62,153 nt of DNA, filler included, from Choristocarpus tenellus KU-1152 (GCA_964200185.2; 10 parts of 10 records of this genome joined end to end with filler, not necessarily neighbours in it); one strand, 5' to 3'; positions 12,102-25,431 are shown, numbered from the whole stretch's first letter. Notes: a model not told the origin generated them from the sequence alone. Program-made: numbers and translations.

Positions 12102-15100
12102 ATGGTTTTTTTTTTTTACCGCAAGTGGTGCGTCATGGGGAGACGTGATATTGTGCTTGCCTAACGGGATTACCACTGTAATAAAAGTACTACAGACTGA
12201 TGAGTTTTTCGATGATGTAGACTCTGCTCTACATGGATCTCAATGTCAACCTCGGCAAATCTCAAATCCACTTGTTCACATCCTCCAGTCACTCCCAAAA
12301 CGTTGCGTGATTCTTAGATGGGCACCTTTTGTACATGGGTAAGGACAAATACGAGAACGAGGACCTCATACGCTACGGCATCCCTGAGGATGTATGGTTT
12401 CACGTGGACAACCTTAGTTCAGCCCACGTCTATCTACGAATGAACCGTGGCGAGAAGGTGGGAGACATTAGGTGGATTCCATGATTATTTTGGTGAATCT
12501 GGTGTAGGGAAATAGACTCTAATGTGCCAACATCGAAGGTCTATGCAGTTTCCGACATTCTGGTTGTTAGAGAGAATTCCTCAGCTACGACTACAAGTTC
12601 AAAGGATGGTGTCTACAGAGTTTCGTTGTATATAATATCGAGACGAAAATCTAAAAAATGCGTAAGCAACCTCGTGATCACGAGACTAAGCTATTCCTCA
12701 GTAGCCAATACCCCCCTTAAGGATGAATAGCCTCTCCATGGCACCTCCAATTTTACCCTTGTACTGTCCAGTTGAAGGATTTGGACCCTGCTCTTCTGGT
12801 GGAGTGCTGTACCCTCGTCAAGGTGAACAAAGAGCCCTAGGGATCAGGTAGTTGAACTTCAGAGTACACATTTATGTTATCTTTTATCGAGTCAGGTGAC
12901 CAAGACAAGGTGTATCTTGTGTTTTGAGCTTGTCTTGGGAACATACCCATAGATTTAATCACTGCTAGGGAAAGAGCTAGTGCATTGACGTTATATGACA
13001 TCAGTAAAATGTCTTTATTTACCATAAGATTGGAGTGTTTACTGCAGATGTCATATGGTGTTGTTTACAATCCAAGTAGTAGTTTGTGGTCAGCTAGCAG
13101 TCATTTCAAAAAGTACTGTGACTTAAGGTAGTAATCTGAGGATTGTTCATACAGGTCTGCCTTGAGATCTTCCGTTGTAACTCAAAATTAGACATTAGCA
13201 TTTGCTTAATATGTAGTTGCAGTTGATGCAACAGGGGTGGGACATCCTTGTAGTGGTATCAAGACGCTGGCTTTTTACCTCATTTGGGGTAAGATGAGGT
13301 GTCCATGTCCACAACTCTGGGTGCCTCATAAGGCAAGCAAGTGTCCTTGTCAAGAAGTATGGCACCTTTGGCCACCTCACTTCTGTATATTCCGTATGGT
13401 TGCAATGCTTCCCTTGCCTACAGCCCAGGTGGAGCTCATTGCACAAAGTCGGAAAATCACATTGCATGTTTTGGGTGATAGTTGCAGTTGGCTGAGTTTC
13501 TTTGACCTTTCTATAGTTCTTTGTGCTACGATTAACACTTGTGTGTACAGGCCAATTCCATAGAAGGGTGCAAGCGCAAGTCAGTGGATGTGGTCTACAC
13601 CAGGTGGCAGAACCTCAAGAAACTTCCCAGCTATGAGGCAGGACAGGTGAAAGGGTCCACATTGACTATTTTTGCAAGAAGGGTGCCAATTGCTAAGGGT
13701 AACACAATAGATACTTAGGATGTATGTGTGGAGCTCCCCAGTCATATCTCACATCCAAGGTTAAGGTTGCCATGGGAATAGGTTGGATTTGCTCTGTGCA
13801 GTGTCTGTGTGTCTGTTTGTGTGTACTTCATTTTGGTTTTGCTGAGGTCATTTGAGGGATGGTTGTGTGTGTTAGGGTTAGGGTTTTGTCTTTTTTGCCA
13901 TGGGTGCTTTCTCCCATCACAAGTCTGTAAGCCTCTCCGTGCCATCCCACCCACAAGACTTCCAATCAACCTGAACCGCTTTTCCAGTCTTGTTCGACTG
14001 ACTGAGTCCCTGTCCAATTGACACTGCTGATGTAATGGGACCATCATAGGTAGGGTACAAGGATGAGAGCAAAGTATCCAAGGTTCAGGTTGAGAAATGC
14101 AATGCCATTGTCAATGCTCTCAACCGCACCAAGGTAGAGGAATACCCTGACCTGGCAGCCCTGCAAGAGGAGAGGGCCAAGGAGCACCGAAGGTGAGTGA
14201 TTCCATTGAATTGAGAGCTATTGTGTAATTCCACTTAATGTGCTAAACTTTGCTTGAGAGTATGAGTAGCCTCAAGGCTCGGCAGTTGCCCTCTTGCTGG
14301 TGAACTTCCTGCTACTATGACCATGAAACCCTCTGAGGTGATTCTTCAATTAAGTACCTGGTGTACTCTAGCAAGGACCAAGACAAGGCCACCATTACTA
14401 ACTATGAAGAGCAGGGTGTACAATTTTCAAATGGTTATTTCAAAAAGAAAATGCCCTCCAAAGATTTCAAATGAAAGTTAAACACTTTCAACAACTTGCC
14501 TGACATTACCAGCTTTCAAACGGGCCACTGGACGTTGTTAAACTCCTTAAGAGTAGGCAAGGATGAACCGTCTGTAACCCTTGAGCAGAAAGAAGTGAAG
14601 GCTTTCACTCACGAAATCTGTCGCCCCGTGTGTTCTTGGACTGGCAGTGGGCTCGTAGTTTTAGTGTGCTCAGTACAATGGTTTGGGGATGAAACCTCGT
14701 ACTGCTTACTCCCTCTGGCGCCCTTGGCATGTTCATGGAATCCATCTTTGAGCTGTTTCGTGAGCAGTTCACGAGTGGACCCTTATGCTCCTCGCTGTGA
14801 TGTTGTTTGGGTTTGGTGTTTTGTTGTGGCAGAGAGCAAAAGGCACTGAGGAAGATTCAGGAGGCAGAGGAGAAGAAGGCACGTAAAGAGAAGGTGGGAC
14901 TATCTGCAAGGAATTATTCTAGCTATTTGAACTGCTTAAGTGATTTTAAGTTCTTCTTCCCATGAGGGATGAAGGGGGGAGAGGAAAATGAGAACCGAGA
15001 TTTGGGATTGTGCATCATGTCCATCAGCACAAGAGACTTGGCACTCGAGTGTATGTGGATGGATTGGGGGTTGCAGCCAGGAAGGGCTGAAGATATATCT

Positions 15101-15463
15101 TCGTGGTATAAATGCTATTTGTCTACTTTGTGTCAATTACGACAGATCAAATAACTGAAAAACCTTTGAATGCCAGGAGGAAGAGAAGAAGTTGAGATCC
15201 TATGACACGCTCTTCGAGGAGTCCAAGATGAGCACAAACACTGATCAAGTTGCCACTGAAGATGCAAGTGCCTCTGTGGCATTTGAGGATGACTTCATGG
15301 TGAGCAAAACTGCCAACATTCTTGTGACTTACGATTTTGTATTTGCTCCAGTACAGCTCTCATTTGACCCAGTGGATTCCATATAATCTATAGAGATACT
15401 AGGTACATACATGAACCATGTACTGTTGGCAAGTCATTTCCTCTTTTTCAGACATCAAAATAA
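12102..15463 (+). CDS. CCDC25: Coiled-coil domain-containing protein 25 (NFACT-R/DUF814 domain; Jlp2-like)
   Basis: Exons 12102-12127, 12318-12457, 12772-12822, 13551-13646, 14050-14192, 14833-14893, 15177-15299 and a probable terminal micro-exon 15452-15463. They give the family motifs [77 protein letters not shown] and C-terminal EDDFM. Exon 1 needs a 1-nt correction in a T12 run. Confidence 0.93.
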
Positions 15464-17184
15464 GGTATACCTTGGTGCATGCTTTCTTACACCATATGAC
15501 AGCTGCTAACTACTGTGAGCTGCACAGTTAACTTTAGCTTTGTCTCAGTGAAACGTGTTCACATGTCATAAATCTCTTTGCACAGGATGGCCCATTTTGT
15601 CAGTTGAACTATGTTCTGGCATTGAGAGTCTGATTTTCTTCTCCCTTCCTCCCTTCCTGCTCCTGTACCGTGGCACCCCTCGTGACACTACGTTTTTCTG
15701 TGCATACCTTTCTTCACCAGTAGTAGGGTAGCTGTGTGGATTGCCATATACACCAAAATATTGGAAAAACCAAATTGGCTGAGACACAGTTGCCTCTGGA
15801 GAAGGCTACAAATACAGATGTTGACCACCTGCTGCACTTGCTGGTTTGTCCATCTTCCATGCCTCCCCTGCTCCCTTCATAGATTGTAGAGGACATGAGA
15901 TCAATGCCACTAGTATCGGTGGGGTATCTTATCCATGGATGGAACCAGCCATTGGTAGTGGCCCTGGCACACCGATGACTGTAAGTTGCTTTGATAAAAG
16001 TTATGGATATACAGTAGTTATAGTGATGGACCTGTGTACACTTAATCACACATTACTTCAGTGTTCCCAGTGGTACATACTAGTGGCACTAGCTACTCCC
16101 CACTTTTTGCTGTCAATTGAGTCAGGAACATAGTACCAAAATGTAGCCAATAAGTCGTCGGGCTGAAGATTTTGAGGAAAAATTGAAGATACTCGCCAAC
16201 GAGATGTTGGGGGGACTGGCAGATCGGCATGATGTTAGAGGTATGTCACCAGTACTTCATACCATCAGTGTCTTTCACAATTAGTGATACCTCTCCTCCC
16301 ATGCTGACAATAAAAAAATTGGTACCCTAGTCAATATGTCTTGTTTACGATGCAAAGTTGAGGGAATGTATGTATATATTTGCCTGTTCTGTGTAGCCTT
16401 CTCATTTGCATTGATTTTGTTCCGATAGTTTGCTCCTGCTCTTTACCACCAGCAGGAGTTAATATCATCTGTGCTCAGCCCATCATGATACTTGTATCAT
16501 ATGCAACACTTAAACAAGTGTAAATGTAAGCAGAAGCTCTGAAGCAGTTCTCCTGAATCTATGTCATCACCCACAACAAGGGAGGTCAAAATATCTTGGC
16601 TTGCAGTTTTACACTCATAAAAGTTTTCCTGCAACATCAGTTCAACTTGGAAATTTTATTCTTACAAACCACTTCGAGGTATCAATACATGCTGTCGTTG
16701 GTCTAAATGTACCTTATTATGAGACTCCTTAGCTATTGTGCTAGTCTTTCTCGTTTTGAAGTGGACAGCAAAACTGTGTTAAGTAGAAGTGTACCCAGTA
16801 GAATCCTCTGTACTAGACTGGCTCGTCAAACTTCATCTTTGAGGCACATGTATGATGTAGCTCTGATCTGTTTTGCATGCTCAGAGTCGTTACATCATGG
16901 ATATATGAGCAGAATATACATTTCCTTCAGATGATACCATCAAGATGGTACTTGAATATGGACAAATAAATTGCTTTCGTTGATATCCTTGTGCTGGGTG
17001 AAAGTGAGTGACCAGGGATGTTAGCAACAAAAGATGGCGCTCAGAGTTTGCACATGATTATTGCATGTATCATCCCTAACAGCTTCTCATTCGTGGATAA
17101 GGAACGCCTTGCAAAATGTTTATTGGTTCAAACAAATATAGTTGGATATCCTACCTATTATTGGGCCATCACAAGGATTATGTT

Positions 17185-17305
17185 TCAGGGGCACTTTTTG
17201 TCAATCATGTGAGCCCCATGTTCCTCATACTCCGCTTTTGACATCCACATCTCGTGAAAGCTACCAAGGGAGCCCAGAATTGATCCCCCCAACCATGAGC
17301 ACACC
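17185..17305 (-). CDS. ARP4: Actin-related protein 4 (ACTL6/BAF53-like), final coding exon only
   Basis: After acceptor ccttcag the exon reads [39 protein letters not shown], an actin-fold C-terminus with the ARP4-type ...KCP ending. Upstream exons were not found before the contig end. Confidence 0.85.
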
Positions 17306-17889
17306 CTGAAGGGCAGCATCAAAGAATGAAGTGGACAGAGAATTGATATGAGGCATTCATCCTTCTAACAATGATTAGGGCATATTGAAAGTGAGCAGCC
17401 CCTAAAAAGAAGACGACTCCAGGCAAAAGTAAAGCTGTACGTCCTCTCGAGGGAAAGTTAGGATGTGATTCAATAATGAACAGGAGGTTACAGCCTGTCA
17501 ACTCCCAGCATGCCGGTTAGTACATGACAACTTAAAACTGTGCACATAAATCGGTAAAACTAACCAACAGGATGAGGCGTGAGGGTGACCGGTAAGGGTG
17601 ACTTGCAACGTATCCATGCTCCTGCACACAACAATAGCCATCTTGTACCGTTCTAAAAACAGAGTGTCATCTTCTAAACAGTGACTGCTTCTATGCTTTG
17701 GAAAGAGAAAGGGAATTGAAGTCTAGACAATTGCAATGGACTACAAACTCTTCACAATGACAGATGGTGGTTCCATTAAGAGGTCAAACCAGATGAGGTC
17801 TGCGGGATCAACTGAGTTAGGGGGGGGGGGGGGGGGGAAAAAGAACACAACCGCTCAATTTCACCCCCGCAGCAAAACACAAACCCCCC

Positions 17890-17989
17890 NNNNNNNNNNN
17901 NNNNNNNNNNNNNNNNNNNNNNNNNNNNNNNNNTTAATTAATTAANNNNNNNNNNNNNNNNNNNNNNNNNNNNNNNNNNNNNNNNNNNN
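17890..17989. other. Artificial contig spacer N44-TTAATTAATTAA-N44 (first of nine)
   Basis: Identical 100-nt spacers with a six-frame-stop core at 17890, 21537, 24305, 30586, 34638, 41066, 49643, 56373 and 59233. A separate 10-N gap lies at 50543-50552. Confidence 0.97.
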
Positions 17990-18255
17990 ATTTTTGTTGC
18001 TCGTTCATTCAAACGATATGCACGATATAACCCCCACCCCCCCCCCCCCCCCCCAGATACTTTTGAGCTGTTGAGATTTTGATTAATTTTTGGCCATCGT
18101 GCTTGATAGCAAGTGTCAATATCCTTCGGAGAAGCCTTTCATCGCCGCATACATTGTAGGTAGCCATGTTCACTCAGAAAACCGAAAAAGGGCAAAAAAA
18201 AAGAAGTGGGAAGCCAATCCCCGAACGAACAAACAGGGCAAAACTCCTATCTTAA

Positions 18256-20389
18256 ATGCTTTGGGTTCCTATCGGAGCCCAGACCCTGGGGACAGAAGAG
18301 ACGTTCAGGGTGCTGGTTCCCAAGCACCTGAACGAGAATCCATACGAGCTTAGGCAAGTCATAATGGAAGCAAAAGCTGGGATGGAAAGGGATACAAGGT
18401 ATGGGGAACAACGGTACTTCCCCCCTGACGGAGATTACACCCTCGCCTCCCTCCTGGCGGCTTTTGTGAGAGTGAATAGCACCTCAGCATTAGACCCTGA
18501 TGGGATGCGGCCCAATCATATTCGATCAGCCATTCCAACAGATGTTGGTCAGAAGAAGTGGGTGAGGCGTTTGCTGAGCTTTGGGAGCTTGCCTACACCT
18601 CCCCGAACTCTTTTCCTCCTGAATTTTGAAAGCTCCACACTACTTGCAGACGGTCTGGAATTGGGGAGAAGTGCCTCCCGGTTACCTGTGGCTCTTTCTT
18701 TAGTAGAGCATATTTTTCAGCTTTCTGTGCAGACTGGTACCCCCACCCGGAGAAACATTTCGGAGGAATGGAACAGTTTGGCGTAGGGGTCCCAAATGGG
18801 GTTGAGCGTGCCCTACTAGACGCTTGCTCAAGGAATGAGTGTGGCGAATGGGTCATTAGCTTAGATGGAAGAAAAACCTTCAACAGCGTACATTGCTCAG
18901 CCTTCATTGAGAGTCTCCCTGAAACCCTATCAGGAATCCTACCTTATGTGTCCAAGGTATATGGGGGTACCTGTGTTTTTCTTTCCCCCTGGATGAGGGA
19001 AGGATAAGATAATGCCACCTTGGGCCCCTCCTATACTGTATGACAACCACCAAAGCTCTACAGCGGGTCCAGCATATCTTTGGACCAAGGGATCTCCTCT
19101 CGAAGTTATCTAGATGACACATCCATTCATTTAAGAGAGATAAACTGCACTCCAATAGCTACTTCCGAACAGATGGAAATCAATCTACACAAGTTAGGCA
19201 TCGTTCTCAACACGGATAAGACCTTTGCTGCACCTCCCCAGGGCCACCAGCCCACGCCCTCAGATCTGGATCTCCTAGCCTCAGCGGGAATCAACTTGGC
19301 CCCCGATTCTAATGATTTTGTTACACTAGGGGCTCCAGTGGGAACAGATAATTCATCCAAGCCCAAGTGGCTGGGGCGATCGAGAGTTCAGGGTCACAGA
19401 TACTGGCCACACACCTGAATGAGATGGAGGATAAACAAGTTACATGGCTCCTACTCTTGGCCCCTTTCTTCCAGCTTAAGCTATTTGGAAAGGGTCATTC
19501 CTCCCCACTTGGCACGCTCCACTATGGAACAAGCAGACAGCACCTCACTGTGGCCTCTAGAAAAGACAGTGTAAGTAGCAGAGACTCAGCTGAAGTCACT
19601 GACTTCTTCGAAAGGGTGTGCGAAAATGTGTCTCTTCGAATGGAGACATAGCAACAAGTACAGCCACAGATACCCACAAGTTCGGGGGGTTTGAACAATC
19701 CTTCATGAAACATCGCCAGCATGGAGCCTTTGTAGGATCACTGGTAGCCCCTTTCCACACCCTTCAAGCAAGGAAAAAAGGGCCTCATGGAGAGGTTTTC
19801 CCATAAGTCGTCTGTACAAGCCCCACAATTAGAGCCCTGGGATCATCCATCCTACCCCCTCTCTCAACAGGAGTCCCTTCAGAAGACTTGGCGGGGGTTA
19901 TTGGCCAAGGCTGGGTAGCCTGGGGGGAAACAACAGCTCCTACCCCTGTCACAGAGGTCCACACTCTAGCAGTCCATGACGCCAGGATCACAAGGAGGGC
20001 ACAGCATCAAATCGTCCGCCTCCTGAACAGGATCCGGTTCGACTCTTTTCACACGCAATTTGCCAACCTACCAGACGATGCAGAACAAGGGAGGAAGCTC
20101 TTGACTAGCTTTGGCCCACTACCGCAGCCAGTGTGAGCAAGGGGAAGATGCACGAACCTTCACAAAAACCCTGGAATTAGCACGCCGGATCCCTCCCATA
20201 GAGTTTAGATTCACTGCCAGCAGATCCTTAGGGAGGGGGGAGGCCCTATCCAACAGGTGCACAGTGGCTGGGTGCAGGAGGCATAATGTTGACACCCAAC
20301 ATGCTCGTACCTGCCCTAGGGCACGATGGTTGCAGCTCATTCAAAGTAGAACTGAATTTCCGCATGGATTTGGTCTTGCGTGCTGCTGA
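18256..20389 (+). mobile_element. Degenerate CRE/SLACS-like (RLE-clade) non-LTR retrotransposon, RT pseudogene
   Basis: RT motifs appear in order across frameshifts: DPDGMRPNHIR, EQFGVGVPNGVE, ISLDGRKTFNSV, TLGPLLYC, SYLDDTSI, LGIVLNTDKT, VTLGAPVG. A C-terminal CCHC finger follows (CTVAGC...DTQHARTCP). Confidence 0.8.
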
Positions 20390-20479
20390 TACACTATAAA
20401 TACCATCGGTGGAGTAGATTAGGAAAGATAAACACCATCAGTGGAGTAATGGAGTAATGGAGGAAAAGTAGTGACATAT

Positions 20480-21536
20480 ATATGTTTCGGTATATCTTAG
20501 TTGAAGTCTGCACATATCATATATGATGCAGTTATTGTATTATTTTCTGATTATAGTATCTCCCTAGCTCCCCCCCCCGGGGCACAGGAGTAGGTAGATG
20601 GGAAGCACAGGAAGACAGTAGTACAATATTTTATAGTGAAGTAACTGATTAGTGGTTTCCACACAATGTTTTATAGTGTTCTCACGTTTAGGATATTTAA
20701 TTTCTTTAGGGCTAATAACGACATACGTATAGTTTTCATTGGTTTCCCCCCTGACACATCTGCAAAGTGTCAGAGGGCATAATAATAAAATAATAGTATT
20801 CTTTTCTGATTATCCATGTAGACGTTGCAAACCCTTCATGGCAATCAACACTGGTCTTACCCACGTTCTCAGTCAGCGGAATCGAGACCACAAGGCCCCT
20901 TGTAATATTAACTTTACTCCTCTACATCAAACTGTTCTTTGTCCTTCATTAAAGCACCATAAAAGCCGCGGGTCCAGTGTGGGATAGTTCAACAGAACCC
21001 CTACAATATATTATTCTAAAAACCTGTCGAGTGAGTAAAGAGCTGCCTAGATTGGGACAAAGCATCAGCGATGAAGAACTCAACGTAACTATTCTGGTTG
21101 GACTACCAGATGGATATGACCTTGAATGAAGAACGTTGCTGATGAGAGCAACAACTCTAATTGGAACGGATTTAGAACAAGGACTTGCAAACCGATTTCG
21201 CCAGTTGAACACTAATATAGCTGTCCATGAGGGGAGGATGATGGCAGCTTTGACAGCCAGGAGGCAGAATATGGCACCGCGGTCGGAGAGGATAAAATGC
21301 TACGCCTGTGGCAAAATAGGATACTACAATAATAAATGTCCCAGCAAGCACAAGGAATGTGACATCTGTGAGAAGATTAGACATTTGGCAGCAACATGCC
21401 GTAAACGACATTGGGGATTGGGAGATCGTGGTCATACTACTGGTGGACGAGTTGGCAATGGTGGAGATATGTTACAGGTGCCCCTCAATGCTCACCTTTC
21501 CACGATGTACAACTCAAATCCAACGACCTTAAAACG
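20480..21536 (+). mobile_element. Ty1/Copia-like LTR retrotransposon 5' remnant (LTR end, PBS, gag)
   Basis: ...TTTCA followed by TTGGT at 20738-20743 looks like an LTR end plus PBS. A gag-like segment (TILVGLPDGYD) and two zinc knuckles (CYACGKIGYYNNKC, CDICEKIRHLAATC) follow. Truncated by the spacer; the LTR start is approximate. Confidence 0.65.
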
Positions 21537-21727
21537 NNNNNNNNNNNNNNNNNNNNNNNNNNNNNNNNNNNNNNNNNNNNTTAATTAATTAANNNNNNNN
21601 NNNNNNNNNNNNNNNNNNNNNNNNNNNNNNNNNNNNGGGGGGAGGAGGAGGTACATTTACACACTCCTCAGTGGGCATTCAATCAGAGCCTTGGAAAGCA
21701 GGACCTTTGTCCGGTCCATGACTGCAG

Positions 21728-22220
21728 CCCTAACCCTAACCCTAACCGCATTTCTACTGTACTTGAAACACGATATTAAGAAATTTATCGATTCAACGAG
21801 AACCCCAACTGAAAAAACACCCCAAACAGATCATTTTTATTCAACCAGTAACAACCCTCCGAGCAATACATAACCCTAACCCTAACCCTAACAAATATGT
21901 CCCACGGTTGAATTTCTTTTTTCGGGAAAAAATTGTTCGACAACCAGCAACAACCCTCGGAGCAATACATAACCCCAGCCCTAACCCTAACCCAAACAAA
22001 CATGTCCCATGTTTTGATTTATTTTAATTTATTGAGTTCTTTTTTCGATAGGTGGCGCGGGAAATTATTTTTATTTTTGATCTGGGGTCCTCATCCACAC
22101 ACCGTGAGAGAGGAAGTTGATGCTTCCAATGCTGCAACATACAGGTCTCCTACACCACATCTGTCCTGGCGGATATTGCTCAACCAACCTCAATTGCACA
22201 AACCTAACCCTAACCCTAAG
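21728..22220. repeat. Interstitial telomere-type (CCCTAA)n tracts, partly within a ~100-bp tandem duplication
   Basis: CCCTAA runs near 21728, 21875, 21980 and 22205. Segments 21842-21915 and ~21941-22020 are diverged copies of each other. Further short tracts at ~23219, ~23968 and ~49256. Confidence 0.75.
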
Positions 22221-24404
22221 CATCGGATCAACAAGTACAAAACACACCTGGCCTTCTGTCCAGAGCTCGCCTCTAGCCCTGGCTCCCGTCTCTATGTACC
22301 TGGCAAACTCGGGGGTAGCTATCTCTTTCAAGGTTGCTTCAACATCACCTGCACCACGTTAAAAGATAAAAAAATTGAATAAAACAAAGGGCAGGGCAGG
22401 GGAGGGGAGGGCGGAGCAAACGCCTTTTAAAAAGATGCTGAAGCAATATAGTCACGAGTTCGACATTGCTTGGATGCAAAAAGTCACTGAAGCAAAGCGA
22501 AGGCTTAAGTTTAACTATACATGCAGATGTAGTTAAATTTTCAAAAAACAAAACAAAACATTTTTTAAATTCTGGCACAGAGGTGCAGCGAAAGGGAGAA
22601 CGAACAGTATCAAGATCCATTTCTTTGCACCAGAGCATTATTGAGGAGGGAGAGGAGCAAGGACTATCAAAACAACACACACACACACACACCGCCTCAA
22701 GAGATGTAAAACCTTTCCCACACCTCGCATAGCGCACCACAAGGGGATACATACTGTACCTCTTTTCGGCACAGACTTACACCGAGAAAATGTCACCTAA
22801 AAAGAAAGGCATGCGCAATCACCCAACTGGTTAAATCATCCAACTGGTTAAGGGAAGAGTAGCACAGGAAAGGGAGGACATCTCGCAAAAAATCACCGTT
22901 GCCATCTGTTCCTACAACCAGAAATTGGTCAAGGTGTACCTCTAGTGATTCAAAAAGCAGCCCTGACGACACTTTAAGGTACACACCCGTACCCCATTGA
23001 TTACACACTCTATGCGTGTAAAAAAAAAGAAGCAATTCCTGTTATACACCTCAAGCGATTTATTTCAACAGGACACACCCACTGCATCACAGTTTCTTCT
23101 AAAAAAAAAAATCATTGGAAGACTGCAACAAAAAATATATATTAGCGCAATTGGAAACGTTGGATAAGGAAAAGACATTCAAAAGAGACCGTACGTACGT
23201 AAAGACCTCAAGTACTTCCCTAACCCTAAGTACTTCCCCGACTGCGACAAAACAAACACCGTGGTCAGAGAGCATCAAAGATCCAATTAAAAAAAAAAAT
23301 TTCAAGTGTTGTTGCGAATCGTAGTGAATAATAATAATAATACTACTAATAATAGTAACAATAAATACCAAAATCGGCAAGAGGGAGAGACAGAGAGGTA
23401 ATTTTTGACTGGTAGTTTTTCAGGGCTCAGCATTTCATGCAACCTTGAATAGCGTGCTGTACGTGCATTTTAAATATTATTATTATTGAGTGCACTGGAA
23501 TTTCTTGAGTCGAATTAAGCTATGCTCCCGATGCATGCGTGAACCACCTGAGGCCGATACGATCAATCCGTTACAACTTCCCCTGAGACTCATGTTATCT
23601 CTGTTCAAGAGTTGTGTGGTGTGTGTGTGTGTGTGTGTGTGCCCAATCTATGTGCACTACGTATATACTCTGTGATAGAAGTGGACCACACCCCAATAAA
23701 AAAAGCCCGAGCACATATACACCGGCTCTAACCGGCTCTACGCTACTACACGCATACATTGCTTTTTGTATGGCGCCACATCATTGGTCCCATGCGTCTG
23801 CTCGCCGTCTTGCATCTCGTGTTTTTTCCAAGAATAATGTTCCGCGACTGTTCTACACTACATCATACAGCACACACTTTTATTATTATTATTGTTGTTG
23901 TTGTTGTTCAACCTTGTACACCTGAGGTGCTCGAGCTTCAAATGCTCTACTTCGTGTCTAAAAAATAGTTAGGGTTAGGGGAGAGAGAGAGTCTCAGAGA
24001 GAGTGCAGAGAGAAAGACCATCAGCTATGGGTTGCTTCAATATCATCACCATCACACACAATAGACTTTGTCAATTCAACAAATAGGGTGCGCTGCGCAC
24101 ACAACAACTCTAACGCCACCGCCATGAATTCCCTCTCCTTTGCTCACCAAACAAGGCTGAAAACCATCTTACTCCACATGCTCAATTCTCATGGTAATGC
24201 TCTGAATGATATTGAAGGTTACACATGTCGACGATGTAAGTAAATTACCCCTCTATACCAGGCTTAAAGTATCTGGGGGGGGGGGGGGAGGGGGAACGGA
24301 AGGGNNNNNNNNNNNNNNNNNNNNNNNNNNNNNNNNNNNNNNNNNNNNTTAATTAATTAANNNNNNNNNNNNNNNNNNNNNNNNNNNNNNNNNNNNNNNN
24401 NNNN

Positions 24405-24573
24405 CAAAAGAGAACTCTTCCAATAGAGTCTTTGCTTTAAGTTGTATGGATGTATTTATTAGCGGAGTGAGCACAGCCCTTGGTGGTGGGGTGAGGTGCT
24501 CTTCGTTATATTATTATCTATTGCGCACATCATCAGACACGTCAAAATGTGTCTGCGTCAGTCACACTACGTC
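24405..24573 (+). repeat. Left arm of a ~170-bp inverted repeat pair
   Basis: Reverse complement of 28586-28746, sharing a core gtatggatgtatttattagcggagtgagcacagccct. Abuts the contig start. Confidence 0.9.
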
Positions 24574-25431
24574 AGCCACTTATATTGAACAAGATAAGAA
24601 ATCAATCCATCGAGACTCGAACCTGCGACTCGAAGCACACCAAAACAAACCCTGGACCCTTACTCTACTCAGTCAATACTTCTGTCATATTTCACTGTTC
24701 ACTAAAAATATAATTCCCTATAGACTGCCTAGCCTATATTGCACAGTAACGTATTCTGCCAATTTCTATGTACACCTTCCTCTCGATAAAGAGTTCCAAC
24801 ATTTCTTGTACCCGGCTTTGGTGAAAGCACGAACATGCCCCTCGCATTAGGAATTATCTCGTTATTGCTTTCTTAATGTTGCCCAAATTCGGGTTAGGTG
24901 TAGACGGTGTTGCTGTCCACCACGCTACACCGATTCACACGAGATGGCCCGTACGAACAGACACGACACAGACACCCTCCTAATTACATTCCCTCCCGCA
25001 CAATACTGTGCAAAGTGGTAGCAATTGATACCCCATCGCATCATGTAGAAAGGTTTTCAAGTCTATGACCATACCAATTTCGACCACTGCTATGTTGCCA
25101 CCTGTGTAAATATCTTTCGGAATCTCCAGATACAATTCCGAGTGAAAGCAATTTCGCGTTAAAATCGGCGTAAACATGATGCACACCGGTCCGTCTATCC
25201 CGTCGTATATAGCATGGGTCTGTCGACACTGGCGACAATTTTTTTGGTATACACTAAGAGGCCTCCATGTGTCATGGCGGTTTGAAATCCAGGGAGCAAA
25301 TACTCATGTTAGCCCAAGATTGGCGACATGTGCGGTGTTGAAGAGTATCCAACGTATCCACCCCTCATTGCGCTTTTTTCGGTCGTGAACACAACCACAC
25401 GTTTCTACACATGTTTATGTATTCATTTGCA

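Noticed and set aside
17934-17945. Recurrent TTAATTAATTAA as a biological motif
   Set aside because: It is always centred in N runs, so it is an artificial six-frame stop linker.
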